Assembly: GCA_002633005.1 (NCBI GenBank)
Contig: NMRA01000056.1
Span: forward strand, 1,147,521 to 1,211,520
Length of the DNA: 64,000 bases
Source: Phoronis australis
Lineage: Eukaryota > Animalia > Phoronida
Direction of reading: 5' to 3'
The notes beneath the pieces are model-generated. The model was not told where the DNA came from and made no database searches. It saw nothing but the letters and a program-made list of their open reading frames with translations. A program made the translations under genes and the position numbers. Positions within the stretch are counted from its first letter, which is position 1; every line of letters starts with the position of its first letter. Positions 53,403 through 64,000 of the stretch are shown piece after piece.

Positions 53403-54165
53403 CTGGAACCAAGTGTTTCAGAGAGATCAGGCTCCGTTTCATTGCAGTTGCCACGGAAGTTCCACGCAGAAATATGCCATTGAGTCCACATAAAGTTCAA
53501 CGGAAATGAAATACGTTTGCACGACCGGACTGGGACCACAGAACATAACTTTACAACACTATTTTCTTTTGGGAAACTCATTTCCCATTTCCAACTAGCT
53601 AAAACTGACAGTTACTCAGATCTTATCCGGTCAGTCAGCAACAGAAAAAAAGGTGAGAAGCCATTTGAAAATCCATGTCACGGTCAGGTCAGCAGCACTA
53701 ATGAACAAGGTAACATTTTTTCTCTTTTTGGGGAAAAATGAAGACATCAAATGCACTGCCTTTCAGTTATCCATTTTGATGCAAAAAAAGCATACGTATA
53801 GGCTTTGACGTAAAGTTACTGCAGTTTCCATGACACTAATAAGAAATTGGGAGAAAGTCTCACCAGAGAACTAAGATTTCAGGAGAGAATTTCTGTAGCT
53901 CATAAATGTGGCGACAATGGTAACATCCATTTATGTCAGAGCCTATCCAAACGCTTTCTCTCCATAAGATAACTGAATGTCGCTAATGTCAAAACATGGG
54001 GTTCATAAGTAGGATTTTCAGTATTCCTACGACTTAAGGTTCTTAATTCCTGTCAGATACCTTCAGCTCACAAGGGTTATTTTAGGCAGTATTTCACGGT
54101 AACAAAATTTGAGTTAAACTAAGAGAAAAAACAGCAGAGGCAGGATCACAGCTCAAGAGCCCTAC

Positions 54166-54347
54166 CTGGTGCCGAGACGGCGCGTCCTCAGGCCGAGGAA
54201 CACGGAACGAATGAGCTTGCCGAACGAGGCCGGGTTCATGGGATCCAGCTTCTGCTCCTGGCAGTGTCGCAGGTAGTGGTTGTACAGCGTGCAGCGCGGC
54301 AGGCTCACGCCCTCCGCCGTCTCGTAGTTGTCGATCAGCCACTGCAC
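54166..54347 (-). CDS. RFX: RFX coding exon 6, DNA-binding domain (VQWLIDNYE...RRLGTR); may start at 54386
   Basis: tcacag| ... |gtaggg; 182 nt; canonical RFX DBD. Confidence 0.96.
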
Positions 54348-57300
54348 CTGTGAGTTAAGCGTGGGTTGCGATAAGATGCCGTAGGACTGGAAACGAGAAG
54401 AGAGAGAGAACGCTGGGATGTGTGGTGACGACGCCGTCCACTGCATGTCTTGTTGTGCATGCGTCCGAGAGTGGGAACCGCGCAGGAACTAATGACTTGC
54501 ACCCTACGCGCCGTCGCGTGTATCGACTGAGGAAGCTCATTTAGCTATTTGAAGTAACCCCTTCACATTGGACTTCCTTATTTGCGGACTTCATTTCAAC
54601 CGTTTGTACATACAAAAAACTGATACGCAGTTACTGAAGATTTTTTCGTTCAAATACCATACTTATCGGGGCTACTGGGTTATGTAGGACCCTAGAAAAA
54701 TGTCTTAACCTGGCTAACTTCAGAACATCATGTCTCAAAAACCGCTTTCACTTTTATATAAAAGTTTCAGATACTAAGATTTATATCTGTTCCCCAAAAT
54801 GCTTTTGCATGAGGGTATATGTGACTTGTGATTTTCACAAAAAATAAAAATTAGATAAAAATAATTTAAGAATCTCTAACAACGAATCTTGAAACATTTA
54901 TATCAAATGAAACTTGGTTACGTTTTTGATGCCATTGTTTTTCTATCAATGTGAATTTCTTTTTTTTTGGGAAATTTTACCCACAAGTCATGGCAACATG
55001 ACCCAAATAATATTAAAAAGTAAAAAATTGTTTTAAGGGAAAATGTCCAGGCAGGGACATTGATGTTAGCAAGCATGCTTTTTACACAGCATATCTTTAA
55101 ATTTGTCGTTGCAGACATTACTGTACGAGTGGCTACGCGCTGTTCACATGAACACATTCACTGTTCATTGCACACGAGTGCAATCTGACAAGACAAATTA
55201 TATAGCTTATTAAGCGCAATAGCAGTAAATGCGCATGATCCAAAAGACTTCAGGTCTCTCCCACAGTAACAAACAAAAGGGATTTCCCCACCCAGATAAG
55301 GATGGGTTCCCATGAACTTTATGACTTTAAAAAAAGGTAAACAAATTGTGTACTTCTTGGAGCTAAAATTCCAATGAGATGGACACTCACGAAGAAAAAT
55401 GAACTTATAAAGACGTCTCGGTGGTATAAACTGTGGGTGGATGGATAAATGGAGTGTATGTTTTACTCCTGACGAGTATGGTATATTCAGAACATCATCA
55501 CAGAGCACAGCTCAGGTCAGTTGCACCAGCCAATCACGTGGACATGGTCAAGATTGCCAATTCTTTTTCCCCCATTTTTAGCATACACCCATCAGTTCCA
55601 TGTTCATAGTGGAAATAGTCAACGAATGCTAAGTCTCGTTCAATCAACATGCCCCTCAATGATTAAGACTATAATAACAATAGTGCCCTAAGTCAGACAT
55701 GCTTGTGAACGCGTGCGTGTTAGTGCGAGTGCGTGAACTACGCGCTAACTCACAACTCGGCCACCAGACGGCGTGGAGGTGCCTGGCGTCAATTTTAACC
55801 GTCTTCTGACGAGCACAACAGACATGCAATGGACATGGCACAGTCACGTGAACATTTGAGGACATGCTTTCAGTAACATGGATTGAGCAGCTACCGCGGC
55901 GCTAGCAGGGCTGATTGGATGCTGTGGTTCTGGGAAGCGTTTGGATGGGAGGCGTCACAAAAACGCAGAATTCTCTCTCTTTCTAGACAAAAACAGGCAC
56001 GGCCAAGTCAACAACAGCTCAAAGGCAACAGTAGACAAATCAAACCATTCACCACACACAGCAAAGCCATATTAACAAATGTCACACGCATATCAATGCT
56101 TCAACACATTGTCTTCCATAAACATTTTCACAATTTCTAGTACTTTCAATTGTACACACGTTTGATGGGACTAGAACAATGACCGGCCAGACGTGTCATG
56201 CAAAAACACTGAACGGTGCCCCTAATAGGTCACAGAGAACTTTCCCAATTACTGTACGTGTATACATATTCTTGTGACATTGCATACGGACAACATTTGA
56301 ATAAACATTTAAATAAAAACGAAGCAGTAAGTTTAATAGCGGGTGAGTGATGATTAACTAGTCTAATACACAGTGAATTGCACAGGATGTTTTTGCGTTG
56401 TTTGATGCAGTTGAGCTAAAAAAGACGCACACTGAGTTTATGGGTGCTTTCCTTTGGATGCAATTTTGACAAAATAAAACCAAAATAATGAAAATCATCC
56501 CTTTCAATTATTGGTCATCTCGTATCTTTCATCACCATTAGATTCGAATCACGTTTTCCAAAATGCAGTACAAGTCAAAACCATTCAAACAAAATGACCC
56601 GGAATTACCCGTCACCTCAGGTGGGCGGAAGCCAAAATCGTGGTCAGGGTAGCCTCACTTCATGACAAATAATGGAGAATTAAAAGGAAACGTGGCCAAG
56701 CCACACTGTAATTAGAACTTTGCTGCCATAACAGCAATTCACTTTTGATGTTATAAGACGCCACGACGGGAAACAGCATTTTGTCTGATTACTTTCATCT
56801 TGTACTGTTACTTTGTGCCTCTTCCTCTGCATGTGCAACAACAGTTGTTTTCATGGACCTTGCCGTGTACAGTATACTCCATTTGCAAGTGTAGCACACA
56901 CACTGGTTACAGTAGACGCTACCATAGTGTCTATCTAAATTATCTTATACTCACTTAACACATAAAACGATTCGATAATGAAGTGTCTCTTTACTGATGA
57001 AATTGTCACCTTTTTATTGTTTCAGCAACAGGTGGATAACACAGAACTTTCGTAAAATGGCCAATAACATTGCTCGCACCTTTTCGCATAATTGTGATGC
57101 GTTCAGAGTGTGAAATATACTGCTATCAACATAGGCCTACTTGAAATGCCCTGTGCATCCAAAGCAATGTACAGATGAACTGATTCGCAACATGCCTGGT
57201 TCGCGGCAAACTTCAGTTACAAAGAATGGTTTAGAACTGGCCAGTTCCTCCAGGTACTTTGAAGCACAGTGCAGCTGTACTTTCAACAAAGCACCACTTG

Positions 57301-57644
57301 GTTATGGGATTTCTGCTTTACACACAGGCCAAACCACATTCACTGCACGCAACACTACACAAACTACAGGAAAACACCAACCATAGGGTAGAGAACGAAC
57401 CAGTGGCTGGACCTCTAAATAACCTGTCCAACAAGCTAGCTGCTGCGAGTCACGACAGGATTGGACTTAGCACCTTAACTGCTGCACGTACTTTTAACAA
57501 AGAAAATCAAATTATTAAACTTACAGGTCTTGCATGCAATTTGTTTGTTTGTTTGTTTGCAGCCTGTGACCTATGGCCATTAGATACCAAGGTTGTCCAA
57601 CCACTGTAACATTTCTCTGACTTCAATCACCACATGCAACTTAC

Positions 57645-57782
57645 TGTGACAGGGGAGGCTCGCGTTGTGTGCGTCAGGGGGTGCCCCTCGCCATCCATGG
57701 CACCGCCCTGCACCAGGTAGGTGCCACCCTGAATCTGGTGCAGCACCTGTCCTTGAAGACCCACTTGGGAGAGGGTGCCAAG
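57645..57782 (-). CDS. RFX: RFX coding exon 5 (LGTLSQVG...GGTYLVQG...THTTRASPVT)
   Basis: ttccag| ... |gtaagt; 138 nt; HTTRASP motif precedes the DBD in RFX1-3. Confidence 0.92.
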
Positions 57783-58666
57783 CTGGAAGATACAGGAACA
57801 GCAGAAAGTCAGCAGCTGAATGCCATGTCCACAAAGCAAACTGATATCAGGAGGAATAAGGAGATTTTAGTCATTTTTATGTACTTGTACCTTGCTTCTC
57901 TGCAAGATTATAATAAAGGAACTGTTACAGTTTTTTAAAGAAAATGCCCATGTAGGCCCTCAAATTCGGAATGCCCTAATTTTTTGCCNCCCCCCCCTCC
58001 CCAGTTGCCTATGCGCGTGAACCAATCAATAGCAGGTTGGCATCAATTCCATAACGAAATTCATTATGCTCTGTATTAATATAATTTCACTGAGTTAAAT
58101 TCAAAGATATTAATTAGGCAATGTGCATAGATTCACCGTACAGGTTATTCATAATCTTACGTTACATTCATGCAATAATCGCATATGTAAAATGTACTTT
58201 TATGATATGGAGATATCTTGAAGTATCAAAATAAAGTTTTAACTTCCCCAAATTTTGCATTGAAACTAAGACTGCTAAAATATTAAGAAACACGATATAC
58301 AGGCCCAGTAAACATAAAAAAATCATGGCAACTTATCAGACACCATGACAAACCATATCCATTCATTGACATCCCAAGACATGGACTACAAGCAAGATCT
58401 TAGCTACCTCCTTAAAAACACAAATGTGCGCAAGGCCACTTCCCCTGTACTTACAGCTTAAAAACATTTATCATGAAATACACTGACCAACTAGTGTGAC
58501 GCGGAAATACTACCATTCCTGTAAAAGACCCTGAACCTATTTTCTTCCCTATTCAGTCTACAATACCCATGGTGTATTAGAAGCAAGTCTAATTGTCTCC
58601 AACAACCTATCAAAGGGCAGTGTTTATCTGCCTAAGTCTAGCTACGACCATGGAAAGACGTCTTAC

Positions 58667-58742
58667 CTGATTCGCTGTGGCATTGTAATAAGCCCCACTG
58701 ACCGGCGTATACATCGTGGGACTGTAGTCTGAATAGTTCTGT
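58667..58742 (-). CDS. RFX: RFX coding exon 4 (QNYSDYSPTMYTPVSGAYYNATANQ)
   Basis: tttcag| ... |gtaaga; 76 nt; phases 2/0 fit. Confidence 0.83.
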
Positions 58743-59692
58743 CTGAAAAAGTGCAGGTAATAAGATATTGGTCAATGTACAGGGTGTAGCAAAAGAAATC
58801 CTAACAACTGAGTAACATGGGGAGGTTTCCTCAGTTAGTCACACTGGAAAAGTTATTGTGGTTCGTCATGACAGGAAGTAGATCAGGATTTACAAACGAG
58901 TGAAGTACTTGAAAGGCTACAGATAGCTGTTAGTTGAACAGAGTCACTCTTGATTCAGAAATCCACCACAGGTCTAAACCGTGAAAGTTTTAGCTTTCCA
59001 CACAAAATGTCAACGACTCCTATTTTTAAGTAGTGTGAATGATTGTGATATTGGTGCAAATCCCAAAAGTACAGGAAAAAATATGTTAATTTCTTGCTAC
59101 GTAATTTTCAAAACAAGACATCTACAGTTAATGTACACAGTACAAGTCCAACAATTAGGCACACCTAACCCATTCCAAAGCACGTGTTAAATGGTCAGTT
59201 TTTGGCAATGCACACACATTGTGGCCATAATTTCAACAGTGGTCAGCTTGTTAATTACTAAATACAACAGACATGCACAACTAATTAATGTTAATAACCA
59301 CAGCAAATCAATGCGATTACCTACAACAGCGATTTAAAAGACAAATGTGCGCTAAGTGTTTTCTTAAGCATGCTTAGTACAGTAAACCCATGTTTTCCAT
59401 TTTGCAACAAAAAATTCAAAAGCTCACACGTTGAAATAGGTGACTAAGAAAAAATATTCAACAGTGAGGAAACGTTTTAGGTGAGCATTTTAAGAACAAC
59501 AAAAGAACAGATGAGGTGGCAGTAAAAAAAACAATGACGGCGTGCGTCCCAGCCGGGACTGAACCCCATCAAAAGGTGGCGGGACGTGTGTGCGGGACTG
59601 AGGCGAGAGCGACGATGACGACAACTAAAACAATAGTAGAAGTGGTGGCACAACACACACGCGGCACGACGTCAGTTAACGTTACTATTTAC

Positions 59693-59849
59693 GTCATCTG
59701 TCCATTGTTTGAGTAGAGGCCTGAATCGGAGCCGTGATCTACGTACTGAACGTGGGCCGGGTAGACGGTCTGGCCCCCCGGCAGGTTGACCACGCCACCT
59801 CCACCCCCATCCTGATTGTGATTCTCTTGGTTGTTGGCCACCGTCGATG
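59693..59849 (-). CDS. RFX: RFX coding exon 3 (STVANNQE...VYPAHVQYVDHGSDSGLYSNNGQM)
   Basis: ttgcag| ... |gtaaat; 157 nt; RFX activation-region motif. Confidence 0.87.
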
Positions 59850-59976
59850 CTGCAAGACGACGCAAAGTTTAGTAACAGTGACTCCGGATACACTCAGGTT
59901 TCACAACACCTCATGATCACGTGTCAACGATGGTAATTCTTTATGTACTTTGCGATAGTATATACTGTACAGCAGG

Positions 59977-61615
59977 CAAGAAGTGAACATTTATTTTGTC
60001 AAATTTCTCGACAAAAATTTTAAACTATTCTTAGCTTGATCTGTACCATGCGGATGTCATAAAATGACATTCGGCGTTTCTATTTTTTATAGAAAGGTAG
60101 CGTTTGAAAAATCGAAAAAGAGCAACGCAAACCATTGCAATACAACCATGACTACACCACCAACAGTATACTTCTAAGGGCAAATACTAGCATCACAAAA
60201 ACGACCGCTAGATGGCGCAAAATACGTCAAACCCGACCAAAAACGAGAAGGCCTCATTGTCTCACTAACAGAGATCTATTTTGCCAAATTTCATGAAAAT
60301 ACATCTATGAACTCCAGACATAGAGGAAAATGTACGAATTGCAACTACGAGACACAGTGGTCTATGGATACGCATGCCAAATGTCACAAAGATCTCGCAA
60401 GGAGTTTAGCAGATACAACTGTGGATGCAAAACAACGTGCTGTTGACAGAAATAATTGCACCTGGTCTGGTACACGTTGTATCAGATGTGTACAGGCAGC
60501 TCATGTGGGCCCATTACACTGATCACCTGGAACCATTTTTATGCTTTATTAATACATAGTTAAAACTGAGCCGAGGAGCTAGAGACCTGACTCAAAGGAC
60601 TAGCAGTATGCCCCAGAGGGACTTGAACTCATGACCTTGAGTACAGGAAGTGAACACTCATCCCAATAAGTCACACTCCTCCGCTGTTGTTAGTTGGAAA
60701 ACATTAGTAACTTTCGTAAAAATCCTTTGAGAAGCTAGGCACAGAGGTCAACGCTAAAAAACGGACTTGAAAATAACAAAAATGGCGTGACTGCTAGGTC
60801 ATGCAGCATATACCTGATACATTAACAAATAAAGGTGTCGTCGTCTCCTGAACAGAAACATATTTCCTGAATTTCACGAAATTCTGGCCAGAAACTCCAA
60901 AGATAGAGATAAACGAAAATTGCCACAAGAGGGCATAGCGCAAATGGAAAAAAACAAATTGAAAAAATGACAATGGTCACTAAGTGGTTCAAAATACAAT
61001 GAATCCATCAGAAAACGGGAGTATGTCATTGTCTCCTTATGGTAACCCATTTGCAGAAATAAAATAAAACTGCCACAAGGAGACACAGCGGAAGTTGTAT
61101 CCTTACAAAAGTCATCGTCATTCGTTGTCGCATTCATCGTTGCATTCACCAGGGTTGCCACAGCATCCGCCGTATTCCCATCGGCAAGAACACATTTGTC
61201 AATTTTTATGATGATCATTTTTGAACAGTTGGCAACTAGAGAGGCAGACACCAAAAATGGACTCAAAAATAACCACCAGATAGTGTAGAATACGTTAAAT
61301 CTGTCTGAAAATGGAAAGGGGGCGTCGTCTCCTCAACATAAACATATTAACCAAATTTTATGAAAAACCATCAAGGAACTCCAAAGATATAGAGGCAACC
61401 GCACAACAAAAAAATAAATAACATGAAATTCCCTTAAGAGGTCACAGCAGTAGCTGGATGGGCCCAAAAGTTCTCTTTTGACGTCAACTTCATAGGAACA
61501 CATCTGTCAAATCTCGTTAAGATCCTGCAAGGGGTTCAGGAGACACAACAGCAGATGCCCTAACAGGGACGACGGCAATATACACCCACGTATGTATACG
61601 TGAACGCATAAAAAC
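59977..61615 (+). mobile_element. Non-autonomous Helentron/Helitron-like element with internal subrepeats
   Basis: Recurrent unit cgtcgtctcct...aaatttcatgaaa...aactcca.agatatagag at about 60250, 60840 and 61325; subterminal hairpin cacgtatgtatacgtg (61587-61602) then ataaaaa. Class and left boundary are inferred. Confidence 0.5.
60420..60682 (-). mobile_element. tRNA-derived SINE remnant nested in the Helentron-like element
   Basis: Minus-strand head with A-box-like gtgacttattgg and B-box-like gagttcaagtcc at tRNA-like spacing; no intact cloverleaf; 3' boundary approximate. Confidence 0.5.
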
Positions 61616-61851
61616 GACAACTTGGCAATTAGTTTTGCGCACAGTGAAGAATACCGTACCATTTGTAGTTGACAAAATTTAATGACAGGCTTATGACCAA
61701 TAAACTGTATTGTGTGATTCTACCTCAACCTTAACATACAGACAGGATTCATCCATCAAAAACATGACCAATAGATTACATAAGAAGTTTTAGAAATTTG
61801 CACCACGCATTTCTCAGTTATACCCTGCAGTTCTTCCTGGGCCATACTTAC

Positions 61852-61930
61852 TTGTGACTATGAACTGCTGGCCACCAGAGTGCGCTGGCTGTATGATCGT
61901 CGCAGTTTTCTGTGGACCTGTGGGTATGTT
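61852..61930 (-). CDS. RFX: RFX coding exon 2 (NIPTGPQKTATIIQPAHSGGQQFIVT)
   Basis: ctgtag| ... |gtaagt; 79 nt; phases 0/1 fit. Confidence 0.8.
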
Positions 61931-62572
61931 CTACAGAAGAAAATACCAACAAAGCATTATGCAGCTTCCATCATGATCAGACTTTGATGCATTAAACATC
62001 AACAGAACAAAGCTGCCGGTACCAGCATGGAAATGATAAAAATACGCCTTAGTGTTCACACCAGGATTAAGTTGAGCGAGGTCGCAGTGACAGAACTCTG
62101 TCGATCCTAACGCTCGGCTAAAGACCACCATGCTCTGCTTTTGGTCAAAGCTTTTTGTAAACAATTAGATCATAATAAAGGTAATAATTTTCAAAAAGAT
62201 TCAAAATTTGGAGGGTACTAGACTGAAAAATGTGACAGTAGTTACCAGTCATTTTACAGGTTGAGGCTACTTAAAAGCACTGTAGGCACGACTGACAAGA
62301 AAATTTAAAGATCTTGCAAAATTGAGTGTGGTGGTCAAATTTGAGAGCGTTCAAAAGCCTGCTGCATCTCACGGTATCCATACATCACAGCATCACGACA
62401 TAGACTAGCTCATAGAAATCTCAACCAAAACTCCATGAATTAAATCTACGGTAAACAAAGAAAAGCTTCGAGAGAAAGGGAATTATCTCAGTGTTCACCT
62501 TGGCCAAGACATTTGCTGGGTCGTTGAATGAACGTTCACATGGTCGTTTCGCACCAACATGACTACACTTAC

Positions 62573-62623
62573 CTGCACAGCACTCACTGCCTGCATCTCG
62601 GCTACAGAGAAAGTCTGGGCCAT
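62573..62623 (-). CDS. RFX: RFX coding exon 1 (MAQTFSVAEMQAVSAVQ)
   Basis: Acceptor ttttag (exon starts 62635), aaaATGG context, donor CAG|gtaagt; the frame is open to the acceptor, so a further upstream coding exon is not excluded. Confidence 0.72.
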
Positions 62624-64000
62624 TTTTTCATATCTCTAAAATTACAGAGTAAAATTGGGTAAATGGTACCGCAGACTAAACAGCAGGCATGGTACCCAAG
62701 AGAAGCAATAACATTAATCAGTGCTTGGACATGCCACTGTAAAATTCCAATTTGGACAGTCTGAGGAAGGCTTCTCATCTGAACATTAAAGGGTTAAATG
62801 GCACGGATAGGTAATAAAATTCATTAACAACCGTTATTATCCAGTAGAAATACTTCACCATGATGAGACGCCTGGTTGCTAGCGGAATAAAATTCAAATT
62901 AATTCACTGTGCCAACAGTTGCTAGAAGGGAACCATCTCCGATGTCGGTTTAATATGAGTCCTGTGCTAGGAGATAACCTAGGGCACGCGGATGACTATC
63001 GTCCTGGCAACAGGGTTGTTTGTGTTGTCAAGGATATGACAAGGCAGTGGGAACCATTTAAATGTGAATGTGATTAAACACCGATGGCTTCATTATACAG
63101 GGTTAGAATTTAAATTATAATATCACAAGCATATTTTTGTTGTTAACGATCAGAAACTTGTAGCAAAACCAAGAGACAATAAATTTGTTGCGTGGTAAAA
63201 CCTTTTTAAATTAAATACTCACATAGAGAACCTGGTTTCCGTTTTAGCAAACACATTTTTAAACTATCAATTTTCATTTTTACTACTTTAAAGAAATGAA
63301 TATCATAAATAATTATCTGGGAATTGTCCAACTTTCTCTGGTACAATTTTGCCACGGCTCCCCTTTACCGATAACTTGCTGTATGTCATGTTTATTGTCA
63401 CAACTGGAAGAGAACAGCACCAACTTCAGAAAGAATGAACAACTACTTGAACATGTCTGCTGCAAAACAATCGGCGATTGATTTATCGTCAGAATTCTCA
63501 AATTTGATGGATAATGTTCTTAATTTATGGTAATCAAAAACTCAAAATATTAGAATATTGGCATCTGCTACTGAAATATGGAAATTCAGTTCGAAATCCC
63601 CAATTCTATGAAACAAGTCAGATTCCGTGAATTCCATCTGTTTTTCGTGATCGCGGAATAAGTCTTTAGCTACGTATTTGTGCTTCTTGATTCAAAGCCT
63701 ACAAGCAAAAATTAACAAAACCAGGAGCATGCCTATTTTGTGCCTTAGCACCAGCTAAACTTGAACCTTGAAGACAGGTTGATAACTGACAGACATGAGA
63801 TCAGACTTATCAAAGTGAAAAGAAAGGTCAGACTTCACCAAAATGATCCAGTAAATACAAGCTGCATGTTACAAAAATCTTAAATTTTTGAAACGGCACA
63901 AACGGCAGTAAAATAAGAGAAACGATTATAAAATGCAAATAGGACAAACTGCGCAAAAGCACTCATGGTAAGAATGACAATCAATAAAAATAAAATGAAA

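Larger units (their letters stand above)
45578..62623 (-). other. RFX: Gene span: RFX1/2/3-type transcription factor (13 coding exons, about 723-736 aa)
   Basis: Activation-region motif VYPAHVQYV, winged-helix DBD (QWLIDNYETAEGVSLPR...RRLGTRGNSKYHYYGIRIK), B/C domains, dimerisation domain ([36 protein letters not shown]), basic C-terminal AAKRLK. Confidence 0.95.

Noticed and set aside
56891-56940. Candidate RFX microexon (IDTMVAST)
   Set aside because: No pyrimidine tract before the AG and weak donors; unsupported
60607-60682. tRNA gene
   Set aside because: Only degenerate A/B boxes without a cloverleaf; treated as a SINE head
60874-61266. 130-aa minus-strand ORF
   Set aside because: Inside the subrepeat element; RFX exon phases close without it

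Overview
Intron-rich, AT-rich animal DNA (bilaterian invertebrate; species not identifiable from sequence). It holds two head-to-tail genes, both on the minus strand. (1) An RFX1/2/3-type winged-helix transcription factor with an apparently complete CDS: 13 exons, ATG 62623 to TAA 45578, about 723 aa, or 736 aa with an alternative acceptor. (2) The 5' part of an Erbin/Densin-180 (LRRC7/Lap1)-type LAP protein: 13 coding exons from ATG 17555 to 42, 556 codons covering the LRRs, LAPSD and linker, continuing off the left edge. Its 5' region is about 22 kb and a probable promoter lies near 39.98 kb. I walked all exons by hand; they have GT-AG boundaries and consistent phases. The rest is intron/intergenic DNA with many small inverted-repeat transposon remnants, a Helentron-like element, a tRNA-derived SINE, and two tandem duplications joined at N bases that look like assembly artefacts. 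I found no CRISPR array, rRNA, intact tRNA or intact transposase, and I cannot claim a clearly new biological system. The best leads concern RNA-level regulation: an alternative acceptor adding 13 aa just before the RFX DNA-binding domain, a 13-bp motif array plus UGCAUG clustering after the LAPSD exon, inverted repeats around a skippable LRR exon, overlapping uORFs on both genes, and a compact hairpin plus pseudoknot element.
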